DNA from: an uncultured delta proteobacterium
GTDB lineage: Bacteria > Desulfobacterota > Binatia > Bin18
Direction of reading: 5' to 3'
NCBI GenBank assembly: GCA_963733195.1
Contig: CAVTCR010000081.1
Span: 128,001-192,000 of the forward strand
Length of the DNA stretch: 64,000 nt
The notes under the pieces: model-generated
Told to the model about the DNA's origin: nothing
Seen by the model: only the letters and a program-made list of their open reading frames with translations
The model's database searches: none
Position numbers and translations under genes: made by a program
In this document: piece by piece, positions 41,190-51,630 of the stretch
Numbering within the stretch: position 1 is the first letter of the stretch
Layout of the letters: every line of letters starts with the position of its first letter

Positions 41190-43097
41190 ATGCCGCATAT
41201 TATTGGTACTGCCGGACATATTGACCACGGCAAAACGTCACTCATCCGTGCCCTCACCGGTCAGGAAACCGACCGCCTGAAGGAAGAACAAGAGCGTGGG
41301 ATTTCGATTGATCTGGGGTTTGCTTACATGGATCTGCCAGATGGCGAACGGGCCGGCATTGTCGATGTTCCCGGACATGAGCGCTTTATCCGCAATATGT
41401 TGGCTGGTGCGCACGGTATCGATCTCGTGCTGTTTACTATTGCTGCAGATGACGGGGTGATGCCGCAGAGTGAAGAACATCTCGATTTCCTGCATCTGCT
41501 CGGAGTAAAGAAGGGAATCTGCGTTATCACTAAAGCGGACCTAGTTGATGCGGCGCGTCTGGCTGAGGTACAAGAAGAGATTGAGATTCTGACGCTCGAC
41601 ACGACACTCGAAGGATCACCGATTGTTCCAGTCTCGTCGGTAACCGGTTCGGGGCTTGATCGTTTGCGTGCAGAGATTGCAACGCAGTTCCAAGCGTATG
41701 AGCGTCCTTCTCTACCCGGCTACTTTCGCCTGCCCGTCGATCGTACCTTTGTCGTCAAAGGACATGGCGTAGTAATCACCGGGACTGCTGTGGCTGGCAC
41801 AATCAGTGAAGGCGATACCGTTCGAGTTCTCCCCGGCGGTGAAGAGTCGCGCGTTCGCTCCATACAGGTGCATGGGCAATCGGTCTCGCAAGCGAAATGG
41901 GGCCAACGGGTGGCGCTTAATCTTACGGGGTTAGAGAAGAGTGTTCTCACGCGCGGCCATGTGATCTGTCATCCAAAACTGACCCTGACGACGGACCGTT
42001 TTGATGCTTTCGTGGAAATCCGTCCAGGCGCAGGGCGTGACATAGAGAATCACGAACGTGTACGTGTACACCTCGGAACGGCGGAAATCATCGGCAAAGT
42101 GATTATTCTCGATAGACGCGAGATACTTCCGCCCCGTTCGAGCGGCTACTGTCAGATCGTTCTAGAAGAGCCGGTGGTGGCATTCCGTGGTGACCGTTTT
42201 GTGCTGCGCAATCAAACTGCCCAAGGGACACTTGGAGGCGGTGAGGTTATTCTTCCTTTTGCCCAGCGCCACCGGCGTTCAGAGGAAGGCACTATCGAAC
42301 GGTTAATGCTCTTACGCTCGGCGGACCTCCTTCGTGCGTGTCGTGCTTATCTGGAAGCGCAAAATGCGTTTGCTTTGCCGTTGGAAGAAATCTATCAGGG
42401 AGTGAATGCGCGCGAAGAGGAGGTCGCGAAACTGCTTGCGCAAGACGCAGAGATTTTACCACTCCCTGACAAAGCCCATCCAGAGGCTTACTCAGTCGCT
42501 GCGAAATGGAAACGTGTCGTGATTGAAGTGACGAAGGTGTTAGCCGCATTTCATGAGGCGACCCCGTTGGCGAGAGGTATGGAGATGGAGTCACTGCGCA
42601 GCCAATTATCGTTCTCATTTACGCCCAAAATTTTTCGCGCAGTCATCGAAAAATTGGTGAGTGAGAAGGTTACGGTACGAGAGGAGAGCATTCTCCGGCT
42701 TCCCGCGCATAGTGTAAAACTGAGTGGCGGTGAACAAGAAACCGCGGCCCGTGTAGAGCGCCTCCTGCAAGAGGGTGGGTTTACTCCGCCAGAGGTAAAG
42801 GAACTCGAAGAGAAACTCAAGATTGCCCGTAAACAACTTACAGAGCTTCTGAACGTGCTGGAGTCGCGTGGTGCGATTGTGAAGGTTACGACGGATCTCT
42901 ATCTCAGCGGTGCAACGCTAGAAAAAGCGAAGACCACTTTGATTGATCATCTGACTATGCATGGGGAAATCGCTGCCGCGGCATTTCGTGACCTTTTGGG
43001 AGTCAGTCGTAAGACTGCGATTCCGCTCTTAGAGTACTTTGACCGCACTGGACTCACCCTGCGAGTTGGGGATGTCAGGAAACTGCGAAAAAAGTAA
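41190..43097 (+). CDS. selB: Selenocysteine-specific elongation factor
   Basis: IIGTAGHIDHGKT, DVPGHERF, TKAD, C-terminal winged helix SRK.AIPLLEYFD. Confidence 0.96.
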   Translation: MPHIIGTAGHIDHGKTSLIRALTGQETDRLKEEQERGISIDLGFAYMDLPDGERAGIVDVPGHERFIRNMLAGAHGIDLVLFTIAADDGVMPQSEEHLDFLHLLGVKKGICVITKADLVDAARLAEVQEEIEILTLDTTLEGSPIVPVSSVTGSGLDRLRAEIATQFQAYERPSLPGYFRLPVDRTFVVKGHGVVITGTAVAGTISEGDTVRVLPGGEESRVRSIQVHGQSVSQAKWGQRVALNLTGLEKSVLTRGHVICHPKLTLTTDRFDAFVEIRPGAGRDIENHERVRVHLGTAEIIGKVIILDRREILPPRSSGYCQIVLEEPVVAFRGDRFVLRNQTAQGTLGGGEVILPFAQRHRRSEEGTIERLMLLRSADLLRACRAYLEAQNAFALPLEEIYQGVNAREEEVAKLLAQDAEILPLPDKAHPEAYSVAAKWKRVVIEVTKVLAAFHEATPLARGMEMESLRSQLSFSFTPKIFRAVIEKLVSEKVTVREESILRLPAHSVKLSGGEQETAARVERLLQEGGFTPPEVKELEEKLKIARKQLTELLNVLESRGAIVKVTTDLYLSGATLEKAKTTLIDHLTMHGEIAAAAFRDLLGVSRKTAIPLLEYFDRTGLTLRVGDVRKLRKK

Positions 43098-43164
43098 GAA
43101 TGAAAAATTAAGAGTGAGGAATGAAAAACGGGAAAGGAAACTTCACTAATTCTCAACTCTTCAA
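43095..43164 (+). repeat. Heptamer arrays at the selB/selD junction
   Basis: taagaa tgaaaaa ttaagag tgaggaa tgaaaaa; aattctc aactctt caa. Confidence 0.65.
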
Positions 43165-43194
43165 CCTTCCTTCAGATTGCTCCAAAGGAGCTTT

Positions 43195-44274
43195 ATGAGT
43201 CAGCCAGACCAAACCCCGAGAGATCAACGTTCACGTATTCGCTTGACCGAAAAAGTCAAAGCGGCTGGGTGAGCGGGGAAACTAGGTCCGGCGGACCTAG
43301 CAGTAGTACTCGGTACGCTTCCGCGTAGCCATCATCCTGATTTACTCGTCGGTGTCGAAACATCGGACGATGCCGGTGTATTTCGTCTGCGCGACGATCT
43401 AGCGATTGTGAATACCGTTGATTTCTTCACCCCAGTCGTGGATGACCCGTACACGTACGGACTAATTTCGGCAACCAACTCTCTGAGTGATGTCTATGCG
43501 ATGGGTGGCGAACCGAAAACTGCAATGAACATCGTATGTTTTCCGCAAAGTGGGATCGAGAAAGAGATCCTGGTGGAAATCCTTCGTGGAGGTGGAGATA
43601 AAGCAACGGAGGCTGGTGTCGTGATTGTCGGCGGTCACTCTGTCGCTGACGACGAAATCAAGTATGGCATGGCTGTGACTGGAGTGATCGACCCGCGCAA
43701 GATCATTCGCAACGTTGGCGCGCAAGAGGGCGATGTTGTAGTTCTGACCAAACCGCTGGGTACCGGTATTCTCACCACCGCACTCAAAAAAGGGCATCTG
43801 AGTGAAGAAGAATATGGTGCGGCGGTGATATCGATGTCGATACTTAATGCCAAAGCTGCGCAGGTGATGTCACGCTACAGTGCGCATGCCTGTACCGATG
43901 TGACTGGCTTCAGCCTCATGGGGCATGGCTGTGAAATGGCGATGGGCAGTAAACTCACTCTCCGTTTGCAAGCTAGTGCGCTGCCGATCCTGCCTGGTGC
44001 ATTGCGGCTATCTTTGGAAGGCTACATTACCGGTGGCTGTAAACGGAATCGAAATTATCTGGCTGATAAAGTCCAAGTGGCTGCTTCTGTGTCACAGGAT
44101 TTGAATGAGGTAGCTTTTGATCCTCAGACCTCTGGCGGTTTACTTATTGCCATCCCCGCTCACGAAGCACAGGCGTTTACGCGAGAGTTGTTGAATGAAG
44201 GAACGCTGGCCGCTGCAGTGATTGGTGAGGTAGTGGCGCCTGCGTCTACGGGAGTGTGGGTGGAGTTGGTCTAA
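43195..44274 (+). CDS. selD: Selenophosphate synthetase, selenoprotein (in-frame UGA at 43270-43272)
   Basis: ATG 43195 after aaggag; RLTEKVKAAG-U-AGKLGP, SDDAGV, TVDFFTPVVDDP, DVTGF, DPQTSGGLL. Confidence 0.93.
43282..43300 (+). promoter_or_regulatory. Bacterial SECIS hairpin of selD
   Basis: ctaggtcc-ggc-ggacctag, perfect 8-bp stem starting 10 nt after the UGA, G-containing loop. Confidence 0.8.
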
Positions 44275-45158
44275 CTTCAGGTCTCTGGGCAAAAAGGCCC
44301 GCCCACGCATAACAACGCCCATAAATGGGCTTATCGCAGGAATACTCCGGCGATCAACCCAAGCTAGAGTGCGAGCTCTGCGGTGTTGGTCATGCCGTGT
44401 ACAAGCATCATGAAGGCTGGCATAAAGGCAGGACGCCGTAGCCATACAACGCGTGCAGCGCAGCCGCGAGAGACAAGTGATGAAAAGAGCGCAGTTGCCA
44501 CATGAACCGCAACACATCGCGAAAGGAGTCTGTGGGGTGACCGACGTTCTTGTTTGCAGACCTTCCGATTGTCCGCGTGGTGGTTCACGCAAGGTTAATC
44601 TGCACTACTAAGGCAAGCACGCACTCCCGGCATCCGACGACAAAGAAGGCTGTGCGCGAACCGAAGTACTGATTGATCCAGCCGCCTACTAGGTAGCCGA
44701 TCATAATGCCGATCGGAACACCGAGTGAGAAAATAGACAACGCTGTTCCTCGCGTTCAGGAGGGAAATAATCGGAAAGGAGAGAGTGGGCTGGAGGCGAG
44801 CAAGCAGCTTGCCGATACCGACACCAATTCGCGCGAGGGCGAGTTGCGTGAAGGATTGCGCCTAGTTCGGTGAGGGCAGTCATGCCACTCCACACGGCGA
44901 GTCCAAGCGCTATAATCGTTCGACGCATTCCGCGGTCCGCCCAGCGCGCGATGGGAATTCCGGCAAATGTGTAGAACAAGCGCAAAGGCAATGCCGGTCA
45001 GAAAGCCGAGCGCCGTGTCGGAGAGTTGTAAGTCCGCTTAATCGACTCCAGGAGAATCGAGAGGATCTGTCGGTCGAGATAGTTGAAGACGTTGACACGA
45101 CGAGCAGCGCTAATGCATAGTTCCGATACGTGGACGAGAGCGTGTTGGATACCGACAC
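44275..45158 (-). pseudogene. Spinster-like MFS transporter remnant, heavily frameshifted and 3' truncated
   Basis: RNYALALL, NYLDRQILSILLE, FYTFAGIPIARWADR, CSPPAHSLLSDYFPPE fragments. Confidence 0.75.
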
Positions 45159-45193
45159 CGCCGACGTGCTCTCAGGTTGTGAAATCGAGATTT

Positions 45194-45431
45194 GTTGAGC
45201 CAGAGAGATCCTGTACTTTCTTCTTTAGCTCTCCGCTTTCCATTCCAGTCCGAGTCTCATCAACGGAGCAGCGACCGAGATATTCACTCGGTCGGCATAA
45301 TTGATCGCGCCGCTAGTCGCGAGCAGTCTCACCAATTTGTAACGGACAGTTATGCCATGCTTCCCTCCTTGTGGCCTGGTGAACCGAGCGGCAGAATTGT
45401 ACTCATCATGAGTGAAAAGGTCAAAAAAATC
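45194..45431. repeat. Diverged direct repeat, copy 1 (5' fragment of an MFS gene on the minus strand)
   Basis: Aligns by eye with 50364-50604; encodes VRYKL...NYADRVNISVAAPL. Confidence 0.8.
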
Positions 45432-45784
45432 GGAGCAGGGCAAGAAGAGGTTAACCTCGGAACTCTCTGGCAAATTGACGTGAATCCCTTCATTCGTAAC
45501 GTTCTTTTCATGAGGAGTAGCCGGACTTTACAGGAACTAAGGGCATAATCTGCTCTTTGGGTAAGACAGAAATATAGGCTTAAGTATTCTCGACGCAACG
45601 TTCTTGGCAAGACAAAGCGAAGCCTTTGTTGTCACCGTAATGATCGGATCCCTAAAAGTAGTGCGGATATTGCGTATCCTAATTTCTTGCTCAAAATTAT
45701 GATTTCTTCTGCTGATTGACGAACCGAAGGCGTCGGCAGGATAATCGCCTTCCAGGAAGGGTGAAGGAAACGCAAGCTCGCGAC

Positions 45785-45813
45785 GTAACGAGTACTGAGT
45801 ACTGAGAAATTGA
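45785..45813 (+). repeat. Heptamer array upstream of the serine hydrolase gene
   Basis: taacgag tactgag tactgag aaattga. Confidence 0.6.
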
Positions 45814-46433
45814 TACGCAAGGATGCTCTATGACACAGCCTGTGCTTCAACGGAAGTTCCTCAGCCGATGGCGACGGTGGTTGGCGATTACCTTGATCCT
45901 TGGACTTGTCGGTGTCATCGTTCTAGCGTTTGCCTTATGGCGACAAGCAATCGGGGCCGAGGCCAAGGATTGTCGTGGCGAAACGCCGCTGCCCACAGGA
46001 GTGCACCTCATCACACCTGGTGCCGAGGTGCCAGAAGCGGTTGCGCGGTTTGCCGGTGCATGGACCGGGGTATGGAGACCGCAAGGGCTTGTTGCGATCT
46101 CCTTGCTCGTTCCGCAACTTCATGCGCGGCCAGAGCTTTGTGCCACCATGTCAAACTCTGGTCGTCGAGGAGGTGCGACCGAACGGTTACGCTCGGCTCA
46201 TTTTCAGTTATGCTGCGGCTCCCACTTTGGATGTCCAGCTGCCAGACTTTTTGCGTGCGAGCGGACGAGTTGCCAACGGTGAACTCCGGTTTCAATTACC
46301 CTTGCCGTTTTCCCTCCCCTCGTTCACCTATCGCATGGTCGGTGGGGCGCTGGACGGTGTTATCAATCTTGGCGATAACACGATCACCGGCGTACGCTTG
46401 ACTCGGGTGACAGACCTCGACCGGCGAGGCTAG

Positions 46434-48116
46434 CCCGGATTATTCATGAGGAAGTGGGACGACACGGCTCGACTCTGCTAAGGTCTGAAGCTGTCAAGAC
46501 TTTCGGACCCTGCGCAAAGGAGCGAGCCGATGGCAGAGTGTATTACACAACTCTCGCTGGATTTCCATCCGACCGTCCCTCTGAAGGTGGCTTTTGATGC
46601 GCCCCATATCTCCAGTGATGGCGGGTGCGCTGTTACTACGCCAAATGGATGATCGCCTGGGGCTGAGTGAGCGGCTGGCGGCCCTGCTGCCTGATGAGCG
46701 TGATCCGCGCAAAGTCAAACATGACCGTCGTGAGCAACTGCGGCAGCGGCTCTACCAGATTGCCTTGGGGTATGCCGACTGCAACGACGCGGACCGTCTG
46801 CGGCACGACCCGTTGCTCAAGAGTGTGTGCGATCGCACCCCGCAGGCCGAAGGACTTTCCTCGCAACCGACGCTCTCGCGGTTAGAGAACGCGGTGGATG
46901 CGCGGACGCTACGGGCGTTCTTACGTGAGATCGAGGAACAGTATGTGAGATCCTTTACTGAAGCCCAGCCGTGATTGTCTTGGATATTGACTCCACCGAC
47001 GATCCCACGCACGGCCAGCAGCAACTGTCGTTCTTTCACAAATACTACGACCAGCACATGTATCACCCGTTGGTAATCTTTGACGGAGAACGGGGGCAGC
47101 TGGTGAGTGCAGTGCTGCGGCCCGGCAATGCCCATGCGGCCCGTGGGGCAATGGGCGTCATCCGGCGTATTATTCGGGGCCTCAAGCAGCGCTTTCCTGA
47201 CGTGCAGATTGTCGTGCGGGGCGATTCGGCGTTTGCCGTCCCGCGCGTGCTACGAATGATGGAGGAGCTGGATCGGGAGCTCGGCGGCATCGCCTACGTC
47301 TTTGGGCTGGCCCAGAATGCCGTCCTGCTCCGCGCTGGAGCCGTCGCGTTGACGGAAGCCCAGGGCCGCTTTCGGGCCGCCAAGCAGACCGTGCAACACT
47401 TCGACGCCTTTGCCTATGCGGCGGAGAGTTGGCCGCAGGCCCGCCACGTCGTGATGAAAGCGGAGGTCAGCGCGCAAGGCGCCAATCCGCGCTTTGTCGT
47501 GACCTCGCTCTCGGAATTTGCCCCCGCGCTGCTCTATCACGCCTATTGTGAGCGGGGCCAGTGTGAAAATTTCATCAAAGACTTCAAAAATGCGCTGCAG
47601 GCCGATCGCCTCTCGTGTTCCACGTTTGCGGCGAACTTCTTTCGGCTCCTGGAACACGCGGCCGCCTATGTGCTCTTCCACGCGCTACGCACCCAGGTCG
47701 CGCCGTTGGCCCCCAGCTGGGCCGGGCGCAGTTCGATACGCTGCGGCTGCAACTCTTGAAAGTGGCGGCCATTGTCTCACAGTCGACGCGTCGGGTGCTC
47801 GTGCGGCTCCCGTCCGCTTTTCCGTTGGCGCGCGTGTTCCGCCAACTCGCCACGACGCTCGCGGGGCTGCCCGTCCTGTCCTCCGCGTAATCGCGATCCT
47901 CCTCATAGAGAGTTTGTCCTCGTTTCGCTGTCGCCTTCGCGTCGGCAGGGAGAAGTTCGTCTACACCTGACTACGGACGCTTTGGATGCCCCTCGTCAGT
48001 CCTCGTTTTCCTTGTCATGGCCCTACCTCTAATCACTTTTCGTTACAATTGAAGCTCTTTTGCTGTTGGAGTAGACGACTTCCGACCTTCTGCTCTTCGT
48101 TCATGAATAATCCGGG
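46434..48116 (+). mobile_element. IS1380-family insertion sequence, 1683 bp
   Basis: Perfect 16-bp terminal IRs cccggattattcatga / tcatgaataatccggg; CTAG duplicated at 46430-46433 and 48117-48120. Confidence 0.93.
46530..47890 (+). pseudogene. IS1380 DDE transposase (about three frameshifts)
   Basis: GYADCNDADRLRHDP, LSSQPTLSRLEN, LDIDSTDDPTHGQQQ, VRGDSAF, YCERGQCENFIK. Confidence 0.9.
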
Positions 48117-50363
48117 CTAGCGATGTCGGGTCATCGCCAGCTCCACCGGTCAATAGTCCACGCGATCGACTCATTGCCGATGAACTGTTGAAGGACGTCG
48201 GTATGCAGTCTGGAGTTGTTCACAACGCATACTTCTTACCGGTCGGCCAGCACACTACCAGCGCTTCACACTTTTAAGGGGACACTGACGGTCGCGGCAT
48301 CGACCATGTTCAGGGCTCATCATGGATGTGCTGGTTCATCAGAGACGCTCCCTCCGTTCTCTGCTACCTTTTTCACTCAAGGTGAATATCTCGTACCAGT
48401 CATGCGCGACATCATACAACCGCCGGGTAACTTGATTCTCTCTCCTGGGCGTGTGTGGTCCGAGCCAAACGACGGGGAGATGTCGCGGGCCTCTTTTCCG
48501 TTCGTGCTGATCAGCCCATATTCCAATGAGACTCACAATGGTCTGGCCACTTTTCTCTACGATGGTACGCGCGTGTCTGCCTTACAGTTTCAGGTGATGC
48601 AAGAAACTGCCGCCTGGGCGAAGTATGATGGCTGGGGTCGCGCCACGATGTCCTATACTCCAGGCTCCATTACCAACGAGGATGCGTTACGGGAGACAGT
48701 TCGCCGCTGAGCTGCGCTCCCAGGCACCTATCCAGCCGTGGTCGGCACTACAGGTTTCGTCTGGAACGGAATGGCTGAAGCGCTTTGACGGTGAGGCTGC
48801 GCCCGAAGACATCAGCGCCAATGGGTTGATCGTGGATGGTGTCATCTATCTTCGAGGCTGCGACACGCGCTATGGTCTCTATCCTTACTGTCAGCAGATG
48901 CGACATGGGGTCTTTTCCGTGACCAAGTCTCTTGGCGCTGCGGTTGCTCTCTTGCGGCTGGCGCAGAAGTATGGCGACCAGGTGTTCGATCTCAAGATCA
49001 AAGACTATCTTCCAGTGATGGCTACCCATGATGGGTGGGAGAAGGTAACTTTTGGTGATGCTTTGAGCATGGCCACTGGCATCGGAGACCTCGCGCCACA
49101 GCGGGAGCTGAACCAACCCTTCGCGGATGAGAATAAGCCGAAGAGTTTTCAATGGAGTATGGCGCAGACAGCCAAAGAGAAACTCAACATCAGTTTTTCC
49201 TATGGCAAATATCCATGGGGACCGGGGCAGGTGCTGCGCTATAACAGCACCCAGACGTTTGTCCTGGCGGCTGCGATGGACGGCTTCTTGAAGAGTAGAG
49301 AAGGACCGCAGGCACACTGTGGGACATGGTGGGGAACGAGGTGTTCCAGCCCATCGGGATCTTCCATCTGCCTACTATGCATACGCTCGAACCACAGGAG
49401 GCACGCGGCATTCCGCTTCTCGCATCGGGTCTTTATCCGACGATTGACGATCTCGCCAAACTCACGACGTTGCTACAAAACGGCGGCCGCTATCAGGAGC
49501 AGCAACTCTTGCATGCTGGTAAACTGGCCGAAGCCCTGAACAAGACAGCAGTTGCGGGTCTGCTAAACCGCCAAGAGAATCGCTTTGGCAAGGGACAGTA
49601 TCACTTATCGTTTTGGTCGATACCGTATCGGACGGCAAATGGCTGCTTCTTCCAGGTTCCCTACATGACTGGATATGGTGGCAATTTGGTCATGCTGTTA
49701 CCTAATGGCGTTTCCGCTTTCCGGCTTGCCGATGGCCACAATTATGATGTGGATACGATGGTGTTAGCGAGCGAGGCGGTTCGCGCCCTTTCCATGTTCG
49801 TCGGAAGCTGTAGAGGCGCCGCACAGGCAGCAACCGCTGAGTGCGAGCGAGGTACGTACGGAGTTATCTGGAAACACGCTTTATGCTGACCCCTGGAGCG
49901 CGTTCGGGGTTTACGACGCACGCCTCAAGATGTTTGTCGCAGCCGACGGCCTGATGTACATCACTCTCGATGGGGGATCTGAAGTTGGCGTATGGCCCGA
50001 CGCTGGTAAGTGGCACATAACGCCAGAAGGGCAGTTTTGTAGCAAAGGGTGGAATGACCGGCGTGAACGATGTGCTGTGGTGTACCGGCAAGGAGAAGCC
50101 TTCGAGCTGCATCTGACAGACGGATTCGAAAAATGGACCTTCCGACGTGCACCGGGTAACCCCGAAGGCTATTGAGGAACACGCTATGACCGAACCAATG
50201 CCGCTTGTGGATGGACGATCCAACGCTCTGTTAATGACCTCCAATTCTGCTTAGCTTCCTCATCAGCCGGTCGGTGTCTATCGGACTCGACACTTTCTGC
50301 CGTCAGCATGGCTGTAGTCGTGAGAGCAAATGCATCCTCGATCTCTGGCCGCTTGGCAATATA

Positions 50364-50604
50364 GTTGAGCCATAGAGAACCTGTACGTTTCTTCTTTAGC
50401 TCTCCGTTTCCATTCCAGCCCGGGTCTCATCAGCGGAGCAGCGATCGAGCTATTCACACGGTCGGAATAATTGCTCGCGCTACCAGTCGTGAGCAGACCT
50501 ATCAACTTGTAACGTACGGGATACGCCACAGTCCCCTCCTTGTGGTCGGGTGAGCCGAACGGCGGGATTGTGCATCATCAAGAGTGAAAAGGTCAAAGAA
50601 AATC
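50364..50604. repeat. Diverged direct repeat, copy 2
   Basis: Matches 45194-45431; minus-strand MAYPVRYKLIG...NYSDRVNSSIAAPL. Confidence 0.8.
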
Positions 50605-50831
50605 AAAGGATCGCGATCGTAGATCACACGAAACTTGCTTATGCGTTTCGTAATCATTTAAGGTGGAAATGTAACTCAAACGTCAATGGGCGCAGTCGGG
50701 TGGGGGCAAAAGGCGGCAGGGGTAGTGCGTGACGTGCCACCGGGAATTCACCGCAACTGTGCAGAGAAGAGAACGCCTTACCGTTTTTCTACCGAGCTTT
50801 CGATTTCACTCATTAAAGGAGAACACGCCTT

Positions 50832-51443
50832 ATGCTCAAACGATTCGTTTCTGATGCACTTGGATTAAGTGATATCGGTTCTGTGATTAGTCCAGCAGAC
50901 TACGACAAGGTTGATGCTGATGATTACGTGATGCATGAAGATGGAGAGAAAATCATCTTCTTAATCAAATCCAAGACCGATGAATACTGCTTTACGAATC
51001 TCGCTTTGATCCATGTGGATGGAACATCGGCCGTGAGCAAAAAACGAACGTTGCGACGCTTTGATTACAGTAAGCATCCCATCCAGGACGTTACCTTAGA
51101 AACCGCAGGGACGGTGGATATGGACGTCGAAATCAAGTTCAGCATGGGAGAACTATTCTATTCCATCGATGTGAACAAAAAGTATATCGAGGAACTCAAA
51201 GATCTGTATAAGGCTCTGATCAAGATCGGAGCACTGCAGCATGAAAACGCCGAACGCTTCCAATATGCCCAGCAGAGCCTAGTGACAGCTGCTAACGCAG
51301 TTAACCGTTCTTCTAGTTCAAGCCCTCTCGATGAGCAGTTCAAAGCTGTCAATCACTATGCCTTTGACTGGATACAACAAGCCCGCACGACATACGTAGT
51401 CAAAGACTTTGGCACGGTGTTCGAAAAATTCATTAAAAACTAG
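50832..51443 (+). CDS. Bacterial PH-domain protein (YvbH-like)
   Basis: GLSDIG, DYDKVDADDY, IKSKTDEYCFTN, LETAG.VD.DVEIKF. Confidence 0.8.
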   Translation: MLKRFVSDALGLSDIGSVISPADYDKVDADDYVMHEDGEKIIFLIKSKTDEYCFTNLALIHVDGTSAVSKKRTLRRFDYSKHPIQDVTLETAGTVDMDVEIKFSMGELFYSIDVNKKYIEELKDLYKALIKIGALQHENAERFQYAQQSLVTAANAVNRSSSSSPLDEQFKAVNHYAFDWIQQARTTYVVKDFGTVFEKFIKN

Positions 51444-51479
51444 TAACTACTCAGCCGTAGCGCGGCGAATGTAGGGTAG

Positions 51480-51542
51480 GCCGGTCTTACAAGGCCGGTT
51501 GAGCTGGCGTCCTTGTAAGCAACTGGCTCTTCTTGTTTTTTT
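51480..51542 (+). terminator. Hairpin plus T-tract, probable intrinsic terminator or REP
   Basis: gccggt-cttacaagg...ccttgtaag-..actggc followed by tcttcttgttttttt. Confidence 0.45.
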
Positions 51543-51630
51543 CCTGGAATAAAGAATTATACGGTTCTGTCGATTCTATTAATCGTACAGGCACTACGAC
51601 CACGGGGGTGGTCAGATAGGGGGAAGCGAT

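Larger units (their letters stand above)
45830..50175 (+). pseudogene. Exported serine hydrolase (beta-lactamase class C-like), interrupted by IS1380 and frameshifted
   Basis: N-terminal TM, FAGAWTGVW domain, FSVTKS (SxxK), RYNS, MTGYGG in successive frames. Confidence 0.75.

Noticed and set aside
43408-44274. 288-aa SelD as called by the ORF track
   Set aside because: It lacks the catalytic N-terminus; UGA read-through from 43195 gives the full protein
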